From Macrostomum lignano (taxonomy: Eukaryota), in assembly GCA_002269645.1 (NCBI GenBank), contig NIVC01000326.1, positions 310,001 through 374,000 of the forward strand: a stretch of 64,000 nt of DNA, read 5' to 3'. The first letter of the stretch is position 1, and the number at the start of each line of letters is the position of its first letter. Shown in pieces: positions 1 through 17,806 of the stretch. Position numbers and translations under genes: made by a program. The notes beneath the pieces are model-generated. The model was not told the DNA's origin, searched no databases, and saw only the letters and a program-made list of their open reading frames with translations.

Positions 1-654
1 TTATTCGTAAAGTGAAGGTGAGGTAATGAGCGACGCTTTCTTGAAGCCGTGATTTGGCGATTTCTGTCTTGCACTCTTGGCTCTTTTCCGTTTTGACTAT
101 TTTGTAATCATTTGCAGGCTAGATTAGCAATCCATTTATATAATGATTCGGTGGTGCTGCGGTCGCTCGCCCGTAGCCCTTATGGGCTCAACAGCCATGG
201 GCTGAAAGGGCCATTGTTACCACCCTGGTGTTCCTGCTGTTGAGTCCAAGCAGGGCCCGCAGTAAAGCATTAATTCCAAATGCTCTGCTCCCCTTTTCCG
301 TTAGATTGGCTAGATTAGTAACCATTTTAATTTTAAGACTCTGGTAATACAGATAGTTTAATTGTCATGAAACTCAATTCCATTTATATTTACAAACTCG
401 ACAATTCGCGAGTATTTTTAATTAATCAGAAAAGTTTTTGAGGTAGGCAATTTGAGCAGCCCAGAAGAACATTTTCAAAACTTCTACATCGTTTCTGCTT
501 CTAGTTGAAAATATGAAAGTGCTCAAGCGTGATCATGTTCTGTTTACCTTCAGGCAAGAGTTTCTCGTAGATACTGCTTGTTGCAAATATTTATTTATTT
601 ACAAATCACAAATCTTTCTTCAACCGAAGCAACTCTTCATTCAACTTGGCTGGC

Positions 655-6280
<5,626 letters not shown>

Positions 6281-6584
6281 ACCGGATTGGCCCAGAATCC
6301 TCCACGCCCCATCCTCCCGCCATTAGGAATCAGTTCCCCATCAACCTGCTGCTAATTACCTCCATCCCCCCCGGTGCAGCCACTTGTCGCTGACAGCGGC
6401 TTGTGGCCGCCGGGGTTGCGCAATGCAGCACCGCAGGCTTTGCTTTATTCCAGGCAGTGCGCGGGGGACAGCGAGAAATTGGAGAGTTTCTTCTGAAAGC
6501 AGCGCAGGAAATGGACGGTCAAGAGGATAAGAAAAAGAATGGACGGACTCGAGTTCAGGACACTGGCTTCAGGCAGGGCCTGCC

Positions 6585-7125
6585 CTCTGACTCTCTGATT
6601 CTCTGACTCTCTGACTGTCTGATTCTCTGACTCTCTGACTGTCTGATTCTCTGACTCTCTGACTCTCTGATTCTCTGACTCTCTGACTCTCTGACTCTCT
6701 GATTCTCTGACTCTCTGACTCTCTGATTCTCTGACTCTCTGATTCTCTGACTCTCTGACTCTCTGACTCTCTGATTCTCTGACTCTCTGATTCTCTGACT
6801 CTCTGACTCTCTGACTCTCTGATTCTCTGACTCTCTGACTCTCTGACTCTCTGATTCTCTGACTCTCTGACTCTCTGACTCTCTGATTCTCTGACTCTCT
6901 GATTCTCTGACTCTCTGATTCTCTGACTCTCTGACTCTCTGACTCTCTGATTCTCTGACCCTTTGACTCTCTGATTCTCTGATTTTCTGATTCTCTGACT
7001 CTCTGATTCTCTGACTCTCTCACTATCTGACTCTCTCACTATCTTACTCTCTCACTATCTGACTCTCTCACTATCTTACTCTCTCACTATCTGACTCTCT
7101 CACTATCTTACTCTCTCACTATCTG
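6585..7125. repeat. 8-bp CTCTGA(C/T)T satellite grading into a CTCTCACTAT unit
   Basis: Direct reading of the tandem units. Confidence 0.95.
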
Positions 7126-7329
7126 ATCATTTGACTCTGACAGATTTTCCTGTTTTCCGGCTGTCTGGTTATTGAATGAGTTTCCAAATTTCGAATTTAA
7201 CTAATTTCGAAGTTGCAAGCGATAACCAAGAGCATAATTTATTAGCATTGAATTGTCCCCAACGTTTGCCGGATCAAGACTAGAGCTGCGTCCTCCCCCC
7301 AGTGTCTGCAACAATCCTCTTGCAAAGTT

Positions 7330-9850
7330 TTAATCAATGCGCTGACGGACGAGCCTGCGAGTGGACGCCAGACTGTCATCCACCGACTGACGAGGCGAAC
7401 CGGCCTCGGCGGCTGTTGATGCCGCCGCTGCTCCGCTGTGCAGCTCGACGGCGGAGCGGAACCGCTGCTCGCCCGGACCTGCCATTCCCGGTGCCATTCC
7501 TGGTGCCATTCCCGGTGCCATTCCTGGTGCCATTCCCGGTGCCAATCCAGTTGGCAAGGTGCCAGGCAGCAGGCCGGGCATCGGAACGCCGCCGCCACCG
7601 CCGACACCGCCGCCGCCCATCATAAACAGCGGCGTCGACACGGGAATGAACACCGGCACAAGGCCCTGCATCATCAGTCCCGGTGCCAGGCCGGTTGTCG
7701 GCACGCCTGGCGCCGCTCTGACAGCTGGCGGGCCGACCGCCGGGGCCGCTGTCGATTTTGGTGCCGCTCCCGGTGCCGCTCCCGGTGCCGCTCCCGGTGC
7801 CGCTCCCCGGGCCACTCCCGGTGCCGCTCCCAGTGCCGCTCCCGGTGCCGCTCCCAGTGCCGCTCCCGGTGCCACTTCCGGTGCCGCTCCCGGTGCCACC
7901 TTGAGCGTCACTCCGGAAGGAGCGACTTCCGGCGGCGCCGCTTCGGGAGCCGCTGTCGCCTCCTCTGGCGGCCGAGCCGCCCAGGCCAGCAGCAGCTGCA
8001 GTCCGGCCGCCAGCCAGGCCGCCAGGCAGCCGGACAGGCCCAGCCAGTGCGCCAGCCCCGGCTCCATGGACGATGACGTCATCGTTGAATCGGACAGCCA
8101 ATCAAGAGTGGCTGACATCTGCGAGTGACGGTGGCAGTTATCTGTGTCAGCTGCTGTCAGTCTGGGTCAGTGGGAATTAGGAGGGGTCATTTTGGGTCAG
8201 AAATGGGGTCAGTGGATCAGCCGGGGCCAGTGAGGATCGGCCGGAAGTCTTTCGGGGTGAGTGGAATCAGCCGGGGTCAATCAGTGTCAGTCAAGGGGTC
8301 CGTCAAGGTCAGCCGGGGTCAATCAGGGTCAGTCGGGGGGTTTGTCGAGGTCAGCCTGGGTCAGTGGGGTCAGCCGGGGTCAATCAGGGTCGGTCGGGGG
8401 GTCCGTCGAGGTCAGCCTGGGTCAGTGGGATCAGCCGGGGTCAATCAGGTCAGTCGGGGAGTCCAGCAAGGTTAGCCGGGGTCAATCAGATCAGTGGGGG
8501 GTCCGTCAAGGTCAGCCGGGGTCAATCAGGGTCAGTCGGGGGGTCCGTCGAGGTCAGCCTGGGTCAGTGGGATCAGCCGGGGTCAATCAGGTCAGTCGGG
8601 GAGTCCAGCGAGGTTAGCCGGGGTCAATCAGATCAGTGGGGGGTCCGTCAAGGTCAGCCGGGGTCAGTGGGGTCAGCCGGGGTCAATGGGGTCAGCCGAG
8701 GTCAATGGGGTCAGTCGCTGACCTGGCAGGCCAGAAACGCGGCGGCCTGGCAGGCGAAGGCGACGAATGCGGCGGCCTGGGCGACCCGAGGAACCTGCGG
8801 CGGGCGGCCTGGCCGGAGGCGAACAGCGCCACGGCGGTGACGCAGGCAGCCAGGAGGTGCATCACGGCGGCGCCAAGGTGCAGCGCCAGCACGGCGAGAC
8901 GCCACTGGCGTTGAAATGTTGATGAAGAATCCAGCATCGTTGACTGTCCGAAATCGAGCGGCTGACAGCGCGAGTTCGAGTCGCAGCCGGTCAAGATGCC
9001 GCGCATCGATGCGCCCGAGGTGCTGTTCGCCACCAGCAGCCACCAGCTCGGCAGATTGAGGGCCGCCAGGTTCAGCGACAGGCCGATGGCTGATGACGTC
9101 ACGCAGGCGGCGACGAACGGGGCGAGCTGGCGGCGTTTGCGGAGCCTCTCAGCTGCCGCGGCGGCGGCTGCCGCTGGAGGCTTCCTGGTGGAGGAGTTTT
9201 AAGATTTCAGGATGTCACTTTTGGGGCCGATTGCGGCACGAGCGTCCGAATTTTGCGCCAGAGATCTAGGGGTTCGATTCCTCACAGGCTTTGTGTACGG
9301 ACAGTGTCTTGGGGGGGGTCGTGAAGTTCACAGCCATGAGGGCCAACCACCAAGGCACAGAAAGTGCCTGACGATTAGAAAGTCAGGGCCCCTGTACACC
9401 CTGCATGAGCATGAGTGCCCTGTACACCCTGCATGAGCAGGAGTGCCCCTGCACACCCTGCATGAGCATGAGTGCCACTGTACACCCTGCATGAGCATGA
9501 GTGCCACTGTACACCCTGCATGAGCATGAGTGCCACTGTACACCCTGCATGAGCATGAGTGCCCCTGTACACCCTGCATGAGCATGAGTGCCCCTGTACA
9601 CCCTGCATGAGCATGAGTGCTGAGGAGTCAGCGGGATGGGCAAGATACAAAAACACAATTTAACAGCATCTGGCCGAGGCTGGAAGCTGCGAATTTGACC
9701 TTGATTTATCCATCTTCCCTCTCTATGCCTTCCGAACTTGAGCTGGTACAGGGGTGCTTTGGAGAGTTTCTATCAGACTGTTATAACCTGCTTAAAGGAG
9801 CCCAAGAACACTCACTGGCTGGTTGGCCTTGGCTGCTGTGGGGCCGGCAT
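7330..9850 (-). CDS. Claudin/PMP22-superfamily-like tetraspan membrane protein with Ala/Pro/Gly/Met-rich C-terminal tail; contains a 1-nt frameshift as assembled
   Basis: Exons 9850-9816 (ATG...CA|gtgagt), 9184-8723 and 8118-7330, with matching phases 2 and 0. TM1 is APFVAACVTSSAIGLSLNLAAL. Loop 1 is SWW...RGILTGC...C (claudin W-GLW-C-C-like). TM2 is WRLAVLALHLGAAVMHLLAACVTAVALF. TM3, FLGVAQAAAFVAFACQAAAFLAC, is in frame only if one G is added to the run at 8785-8787. TM4 is PGLAHWLGLSGCLAAWLAAGLQLLLAW. Confidence 0.7.
8165..8715. repeat. GGGGTCA-based intronic minisatellite
   Basis: ~10-bp ggggtcagt/ggggtcaatc subunits with a higher-order repeat, filling intron 8119-8722. Confidence 0.9.
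9225..9375 (+). mobile_element. tRNA-derived SINE-like element (copy 1)
   Basis: B-box GGTTCGATTCC at ~9271. The 3' segment cacagccatgagggccaaccaccaaggcacag is shared with 60946-60980. Confidence 0.5.
9391..9620. repeat. 28-29 bp intronic minisatellite
   Basis: Unit tgtacaccctgcatgagcatgagtgcc(c/ac), ~8 copies. Confidence 0.95.
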
Positions 9851-10351
9851 CAGTGCTCAGATGCTGCAGGTGCGTAGCGAAATTGAAAATATTGTCTGTA
9901 ATTTTGCTGATACCTTCGCCTCTGAGTTTACAGTTTTATCTGTACTGGCCGGCGAGCTGCGTGGGTGAAGGAACTGGCGTGAGGTGGCGGTCGCCACTAA
10001 ATTACAGGTCACCTGCGGCAGGTTTCAGCTCGGCAAGGTAAATTTCTCGAGTGCTATTCAAGTGGCTGCTGGTTTCTCATGAACTGCTCAATACTTTGCT
10101 TTTTGTCTACAGCTGAGAATCTGCAACTACAAGCGCAGATGCATTATGGAGCTTTGAGAAGAGGCTGAGTAGGCGGTTAGTAAATCAAACACTGCATAGC
10201 AAGTACTGCTCCAGACTGACAGGCTGTCAGCAAGCGCGTGAGGGTCACAACTTGTCAAACTGAATCAGATGGCCGCGAATGCATTCATAACAGAGCCCCG
10301 CCAAGTGCGGCCAAGCTTAGAGAATACTATATTTGAAGCAATGAAAGCAAT

Positions 10352-10373
10352 TAGTAGTAGTAGCAGTAGTAGC

Positions 10374-10432
<59 letters not shown>

Positions 10433-10433
10433 C

Positions 10434-10489
<56 letters not shown>

Positions 10490-10490
10490 C

Positions 10491-10537
<47 letters not shown>

Positions 10538-10538
10538 C

Positions 10539-10579
<41 letters not shown>

Positions 10580-10589
10580 CAGTAGTAGC

Positions 10590-10651
<62 letters not shown>

Positions 10652-10718
10652 CTGTAGTAGTAGTAGTAGCAGTAGTAGTAACAGTAGTAGTAGTAGTAGT
10701 ATTAGTAGTAGTAGTAGC

Positions 10719-10753
<35 letters not shown>

Positions 10754-10754
10754 C

Positions 10755-10792
<38 letters not shown>

Positions 10793-10832
10793 CTGTAGTA
10801 GTAGTAGTAGCAGTAGTAGTAGTAGTAGTAGC

Positions 10833-10921
<89 letters not shown>

Positions 10922-10999
10922 CTGTAGTAGTAGTAGTAGCTGTAGTAGTAGTAGTAGTAGTATTAGTAGTAGTAGTTGCAGTAGTAGTAGTATAGTAGC

Positions 11000-11037
<38 letters not shown>

Positions 11038-11038
11038 C

Positions 11039-11098
<60 letters not shown>

Positions 11099-11121
11099 TG
11101 CAGTAGTAGTAGTATAGTAGC

Positions 11122-11165
<44 letters not shown>

Positions 11166-11179
11166 CAGTAGTAGTAGTG

Positions 11180-11252
<73 letters not shown>

Positions 11253-11337
11253 CTGTAGTAGTAGCAGTAGTAGTAACAGTAGTAGTAGTAGTAGTATTAG
11301 TAGTAGTAGTAGCAGTAGTAGTAGTAGTAGTAGTAGC

Positions 11338-11369
<32 letters not shown>

Positions 11370-11397
11370 CAGTAGTAGTAGTAGTAGTAGTAGTAGC

Positions 11398-11444
<47 letters not shown>

Positions 11445-11445
11445 C

Positions 11446-11507
<62 letters not shown>

Positions 11508-11551
11508 CAGTAGTAGTAGTAGTAGTAGCAGTAGCAGTAGTAGTAGTAGTA
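10352..11551. repeat. (AGT)n microsatellite, 1.2 kb
   Basis: Imperfect AGT run with AGC interruptions. Confidence 0.99.
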
Positions 11552-12257
11552 TCTAGATAATAGTAATAGTAGTTAGTACAGCAGCCCTAAACCTCCTAAT
11601 CATCAGGCATGCACACTCTCTTGTGCCTCTGTGGCTGGTGAATTGCACAACAAAAACCCACTGGCCAATTTTCTCGAACAAGCCCCAAATTATTGTGGCC
11701 GCGTACGCAGAATCGAACCAGGGGTCAGGGAGGCAGCAGCAGCAGCAGCAGCAGCAGCACAATTAGCGGCGGTAACCGCAACAGAAGCAGCAGAACACAC
11801 AAACAGCCAAGGCAGATCCCAGCGAGCCAGTATCTGTCGGTGTCTGTATAATTTCTTGCCTTCTTGAACCTTCCAGCCCAGAATCTGCAGATGTCGTCAG
11901 ACGCAGTCCCGATAATTGGCTGCGGCAACTTGCTGCAACCAAGGAACTGGCTGACATGCGGGGCCTGATTTATGGCACCCGGCAGGGGGTCGCGGCGGGG
12001 AAGGAGGAGCCGGCGGAGGCGCCGCAAACACCGGCCTGAATGCAGCGAGGGCCCAGCAGCTGCAGTGTGCCAGCACCCCCACCCCCCACCCCCAGTCATC
12101 TCGGGTTTATCAGTGCTGAACACTGCGGCCAACTTCGGGCGTTTTCAAGTCTGTGACTGAAGCACTTTGCGGAGGAGATGCACAGGGAGCTGAACTCAGA
12201 TGAACTGAGATTTTGGATAGAGATTTGGTTGACAAATTGACTTTTGATTTAAATTAG

Positions 12258-12312
12258 GTAGATAGATAGATAGATAGATAGATAGTTAGATAGATGATAG
12301 ACAGACAGATAC

Positions 12313-12377
<65 letters not shown>

Positions 12378-12394
12378 CAGATAGATAGATAGAT

Positions 12395-12448
<54 letters not shown>

Positions 12449-12449
12449 T

Positions 12450-12506
<57 letters not shown>

Positions 12507-12523
12507 GATAGACAGACAGATAC

Positions 12524-12562
<39 letters not shown>

Positions 12563-12628
12563 CAAAGAAAGATAGATAGATAGATACATACATACATACT
12601 ACATACATAGATAGATAGATAGATAGAT

Positions 12629-12675
<47 letters not shown>
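12258..12675. repeat. (GATA)n microsatellite
   Basis: Direct reading. Confidence 0.98.
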
Positions 12676-12676
<1 letters not shown>

Positions 12677-12701
12677 GGGCAGGCAGGCAGGCAGGCAGGC
12701 A

Positions 12702-14029
12702 GGCACACAGACGGATGGCACAGACACACAGACAGACACAGACGGATGGCACAGACACACAGACAGACACACAGACGGATGGCACAGACACACAGACAGG
12801 CAGACAGACGGATGGCACAGACACACAGACAGACACACAGACGGATGGCACAGACACACAGACAGACACACAGACGGATGGCACAGACACACAGACAGAC
12901 ACAGACGGATGGCACAGACACACAGACAGACACAGACGGATGGCACAGACACACAGACAGACACACAGACGGATGGCACAGACACACAGACAGACACACA
13001 GACGGATGGCACAGACACACAGACAGACACACAGACGGATGGCACAGACACACAGACAGACACAGACGGATGGCACAGACACACAGACAGACACAGACGG
13101 ATGGCACAGACACACAGACAGACACACAGACGGATGGCACAGACACACAGACAGACACAGACGGATGGCACAGACACACAGACAGACACAGACGGATGGC
13201 ACAGACACACAGACAGACACACAGACGGATGGCACAGACACACAGACAGACACAGACGGATGGCACAGACACACAGACAGACACACAGACGGATGGCGCA
13301 GACACACAGACAGGCAGACAGACGGATGGCACAGACACACAGACAGGCAGACAGACGGATGGCACAGACACACAGACAGACACACAGACGGATGGCACAG
13401 ACACACAGACAGGCACACAGACGGATGGCACAGACACACAGACAGGCACACAGACGGATGGCACAGACACACAGACAGACACACAGACGGATGGCAGACA
13501 CACAGACAGGCACACAGACGGATGGCACAGACACACAGACAGACACACAGACGGATGGCACAGACACACAGACAGACACACAGACGGATGGCACAGACAC
13601 ACAGACAGACACACAGACGGATGGCACAGACACACAGACAGACACACAGACGGATGGCACAGACACACAGACAGACACACAGACGGATGGCAGACACACA
13701 GACGGATGGCACAGACACACAGACAGGCACACAGACGGATGGCACAGACACACAGACAGACACACAGACGGATGGCACAGACACACAGACAGACACACAG
13801 ACAGACACACAGACGGATGGCACAGACACACAGACGGATGGCAGACACACAGACAGACACACAGACGGATGGCACAGACACACAGACAGACACACAGACG
13901 GATGGCACAGACACACAGACAGGCAGACAGACGGATGGCACAGACACACAGACAGACACACAGACGGATGGCACAGACACACAGACAGGCAGACAGACGG
14001 ATGGCACAGACACACAGACAGACACACAG
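12702..14029. repeat. ~31-33 bp CACAGACGGATGG minisatellite
   Basis: Unit acggatggcacagacacacagacagacacacag with length variants. Confidence 0.97.
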
Positions 14030-14134
14030 AGGACATCAGAGCACAGAAGCAGTGCAGGCAGAGCCGGAGAAGCCAGTGATCAGATCAGGGTGGCAGAGGC
14101 AAACACCGCAGTTCGAGTCCGAATTCGAAATGGA

Positions 14135-14310
14135 CAACCCCCCCCCCTCAGTCGCCTGACCAAAGGACTTCAGGAAGCCGATCTCTCAACAGAAATCAGT
14201 GCAGTGGCGACAATCGAATTCCAACCCCCCCCCTCAGTCGCCTGACCAAAGGACTTCAGGAAGCCGATCTCTCAACAGAAATCAGTGCAGTGGCGACAAT
14301 CGAGTTCCAA
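14135..14310. repeat. 87-bp tandem duplication
   Basis: caaccccccccc(c)tcagtcgcctgacc...gacaatcga(a/g)ttc occurs twice, at 14135 and 14222. Confidence 0.9.
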
Positions 14311-14575
14311 CTTCCAGTCCTCGAACTGCCCATCGGGATAAAAGCTGCCAGCGCACTTTTGCTGCCTGTTGATAAGAGGATTAAGAAATCGGATATGGCG
14401 GCCCACAGCAGCGGCCGCTTGTTTATTTACCCACCAACTCTGCCGGTGCCCTTTTGGGGGCCGGAGCAAAAGCACGAAGGGTTATTCAGTGCTGCTGTTG
14501 CTGCTGCGGGAGTCAATATTCGGTAGCGGGACTGACGAGCTTAGAGAATTGTAGGTTTTAGGCGTGTGAAGAGTG

Positions 14576-15160
14576 CACGTTGCAGGGAGTGCAGGGTTGT
14601 AGGGAGTGCAGGGTTGCAGGGAGTGCAGGGTTGCAGGGAGTGCAGGGTTGCAGGGAGTGCAGGGTTGCAGGGAGTGCAGGGTTGCAGGGAGTGCAGGGTT
14701 GCAGGGAGTGCAGGGATGCAGAGAGTGCAGGGATGCAGGGAGTGCAGGGTTGCAGGGAGTGCAGGGTTGCAGGGAGTGCAGGGTTGTAGGGAGTGCAGGG
14801 TTGCAGGGAGTGCAGGGTTGCAGGGAGTGCAGGGTTGCAGGGAGTGCAGGGATGCAGGGAGTGCAGGGAGTGCAGGAAGTGCAGGGTTGCGGGAGTGCAG
14901 GGAGTGCAGGGATGCAGGGAGTGCAGGGAGTGCAGGGATGCAGGGAGTGCAGGGAGTGCAGGGTTGCAGGGAGTGCAGGGTTGCGGGAGTGCAGGGATGC
15001 AGGGAGTGCAGGGATGCAGGGAGTTCAGGGATGCAGGGAGTGCAGGGAGTGCAGGGATGCAGGGAGTGCAGGGTTGCGGGAGTGCAGGGATGCAGGGAGT
15101 GCAGGGATGCAGGGAGTGCAGGGATGCAGGGAGTGCAGGGTTGCAGGGAGTGCAGGGTTG
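14576..15160. repeat. 9/18-bp GCAGGGAGT/GCAGGGTT minisatellite
   Basis: Direct reading. Confidence 0.97.
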
Positions 15161-15540
15161 TATTCTAAACAAATCAGAAAAGGATAAAGTCTGAAAGATT
15201 ATCAAAACTTATACACATTTGTAGACAGCCACGTTAAATTTATAGCAAGTCAGCAGATACAATTTATTTGAGTACGCAAAGAGCTGCCTGAGAAAGCAAC
15301 TTCAAATATTGTTAAAGCGCCGATGATTCACTGTTGTGAGCCAACTGTACATCGCTAACAATAACTGGTTGCAAAGCATCTCGTGCATTAAATATCGGAA
15401 AGAGCAACGGAAAAATAAACTGGCAGCTACTTTCACGTCAAACTACTTATAAGTCGAGGCTAAATAAGTAGTATTTACAGTTTGCCTGCATTGGTCGACT
15501 ATAAAACGAATCAAGTATTCGAATTTTAAAGAGATTTAAG

Positions 15541-16172
15541 CCCCAAATCCCCATGAATTCATCAATACAGATCCCAAATCCCCATGAATACACATCCCAA
15601 ATCCTCATGAATACAGATCTCAAATCCCCATGAATACAGATCTCAAATCCCCATGAATTCAGATCCCAAATCCCCATGAATACAGATCCCAAATCCCCAT
15701 GAATACAGATCTCAAATCCCCATGAATACAGATCTCAAATCCCCATGAATTCAGATCCCAAATCCCCATGAATACAGATCTCAAATCCCCATGAATACAG
15801 ATCTCAAATCCCCATGAATTCAGATCCCAAATCCCCATGAATACACATCCCAAATCCTCATGAATACAGATCTCAAATCCCCATGAATACAGATCTCAAA
15901 TCTCCATGAATTCAGATCCCAAATCCCCATGAATACAGATCCCAAATCCCCATGAATACACATCCCGAATCCCCATGAACACAGATCCCAAATCCCCATG
16001 AACACAGATCCCGAATCCCCATGAACACAGATCCCGAATCCCCATGAACACAGATCCCAAATCCCCATGAACACAGATCCCGAATCCCCATGAATTCAGA
16101 TCCCAAATCCCCATGAACACAGATCCCAAATACTCATGAATACAGATCCCAAATCCCCATGAATACAGATCG
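15541..16172. repeat. 23-bp minisatellite
   Basis: Unit atacagatcccaaatccccatga. Confidence 0.97.
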
Positions 16173-16225
16173 CCAAACACTCGGGCATTTTTATACATTG
16201 AAGTCCTGACAAATTGAGATCCCAA

Positions 16226-17806
16226 TCATCTTTGCCTGTGCCGGGAAGCCGCTGCCGCAGCCATGGGTTCAATGTCGGAGTCGTCGCTGTCGCTGGGTGG
16301 CACTCGGTCGTCACCGCCTGCGGCGGCAGCTCTGTCCTCGCCTTCTCCGGCGTTCTCGCTCAGTACAACATATTCGCGCGAACTGTACCCGAATTTAAGT
16401 ACGTCGCGTTCTTTTAATTCAATATAACGCCGAGCTTCGACGCGCTCGCCGTTGAGGTAGGTGCCGTTGGCGGACTCCAGGTCGATGATGTACGGCTTCA
16501 CCAGCCGCGACTTGCTGCCGTCCGGCTGCTCCAACTCCACCAGCCGGTACTGCAGGGCCGCGTGCTGCTTGGAGATGGACGGGTGGTCCAGCGGGATGTC
16601 GGCCACCTTGCGGTCCCTGCCGATCAGGTAGCCGCTCTGCCGGTGCACGTACAGCGGCTTCATGGCCTCCTCGCCCTGAGGTGGGTGGGGAAAGGGGAAT
16701 TTAGTGAGGATCTGGGATGATCCGGGTTTTGGTTTAGGAATATGGTGGCTTATATTATCTCTATTGATGATCTGAAAGGTTTCAATTTTCTGGCCTGAGG
16801 ATCAGGGAGGCTGGCCCAGCAACTGACACTCTGGGAGGCTGGCCCAGCAACTGACACTCTGGAATGCTGGCCCAGCAACTGACACTCTGAAAGGCTGGCC
16901 CAGCAACTGGGGATCTGGGAGGCTGGTCCAGCAACTGAGGAACTGGGAGGCTGGCCCAGCAACTGACACTCTGAAAGGCTGGCCCAGCAACTGAGGATAT
17001 GGGAGGCTGGTTCAGCAACTGAGGATCTGGGAGGCTGGCTCAGCAACTGGGGATCTGGGAGGCTGGCCCAGCAACTGAGAATCTGGGAGGCTGGCCAAGC
17101 AACTGAGGATCTGGGAGGCTGGGGCCAGCAACTGGGGATCTGGGAGGCTGGGCCCAGCAACTGAGGATCTGGGAGGCTGGGGCCAGCAACTGGGGATGTG
17201 GGAGTCCCAGTGCACCCCAGCAGCCCTCACCTTGAACGGATAGAGTCGCCAGCGCTTCTTGGGCATGCGGGCGTTGGCGGGCTCGCTGTACTTGATGAGC
17301 ACACCCTTGTACATGTTGGTGTCCTCGGCCAGCTTGCCGGAGAGCCCCATGTTGGCCATCTGCTTGGGTGGCGGCGGCGGCTTTTTCTCGTCGGGCTCTT
17401 CGCCGGTTTCAGATTTCACTCGCTGCTGGTCTGGGCGGCCCCACTCGAACCGCTGCTGCTGCTGGCGATGCTCGCGACGGCCGCGGCCTCTGCCACCGCC
17501 GCCGCCGCCCCTGCGCTCCCGACGGGTGTCAAAGCGGTCAGCAGACCGAGAGCGCGATCGCTCCCTTCGTCGCGGCTGGTCTTCGTCGCGCTGCTGACTG
17601 TGCCGATGGTGCTCGCGGCGTCGGGCATCCCGGTCCCGATGGTCCCGCTGAACCCGATCAGCGTCGCGTTGGTCGCCAGCATCGTCAGGCCGATGCTGGT
17701 GGCGGCGGTGGTGGTGGCTGTCGGAGTCGCCGTGTCGCCTCGGCCGCCGGTCCGTGTCGTCGAGTTCGCGGTGGCGGCTGGCCTGGAGTGGATCGAGTTC
17801 GGCAGA
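16226..17806 (-). CDS. SNIP1: Smad nuclear-interacting protein 1 / Pml1 (RES complex), FHA domain
   Basis: Exons 17806-17231 (192 codons) and 16675-16226 (150 codons including stop), joined by a phase-0 intron. It contains the SNIP1 motif GKLAEDTN..KGVLIKYSEPANARMPKKRWRLYPFK and the FHA sequence YLIGRDRKVADIPLDHPSISKQHAALQYR...YIIDLESANGTYLNG. The N-terminal region is Arg/Asp/His-rich. No in-frame ATG was found upstream. Confidence 0.92.
16798..17200. repeat. 28-bp minisatellite in the SNIP1 intron
   Basis: Unit gggaggctggcccagcaactgaggatct. Confidence 0.95.

Noticed and set aside
7376-8128. Alternative frames (GSGT-repeat minus ORF 7376-8101; plus ORFs 7438-8076 and 7559-8128)
   Set aside because: Only the 7330-8118 frame starts at an acceptor in the phase required by the upstream exon and supplies TM4. 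The others are shadows of a GC-rich repeat.
14530-14555. Hammerhead ribozyme cores (CTGACGAG here and at ~48295)
   Set aside because: There is no stem II followed by GAAA and no closing stems.
10269-15205. Long poly-Ser, poly-Val, SVCL/TDRH and CRECR ORFs
   Set aside because: These are stop-free translations of micro- and minisatellites.
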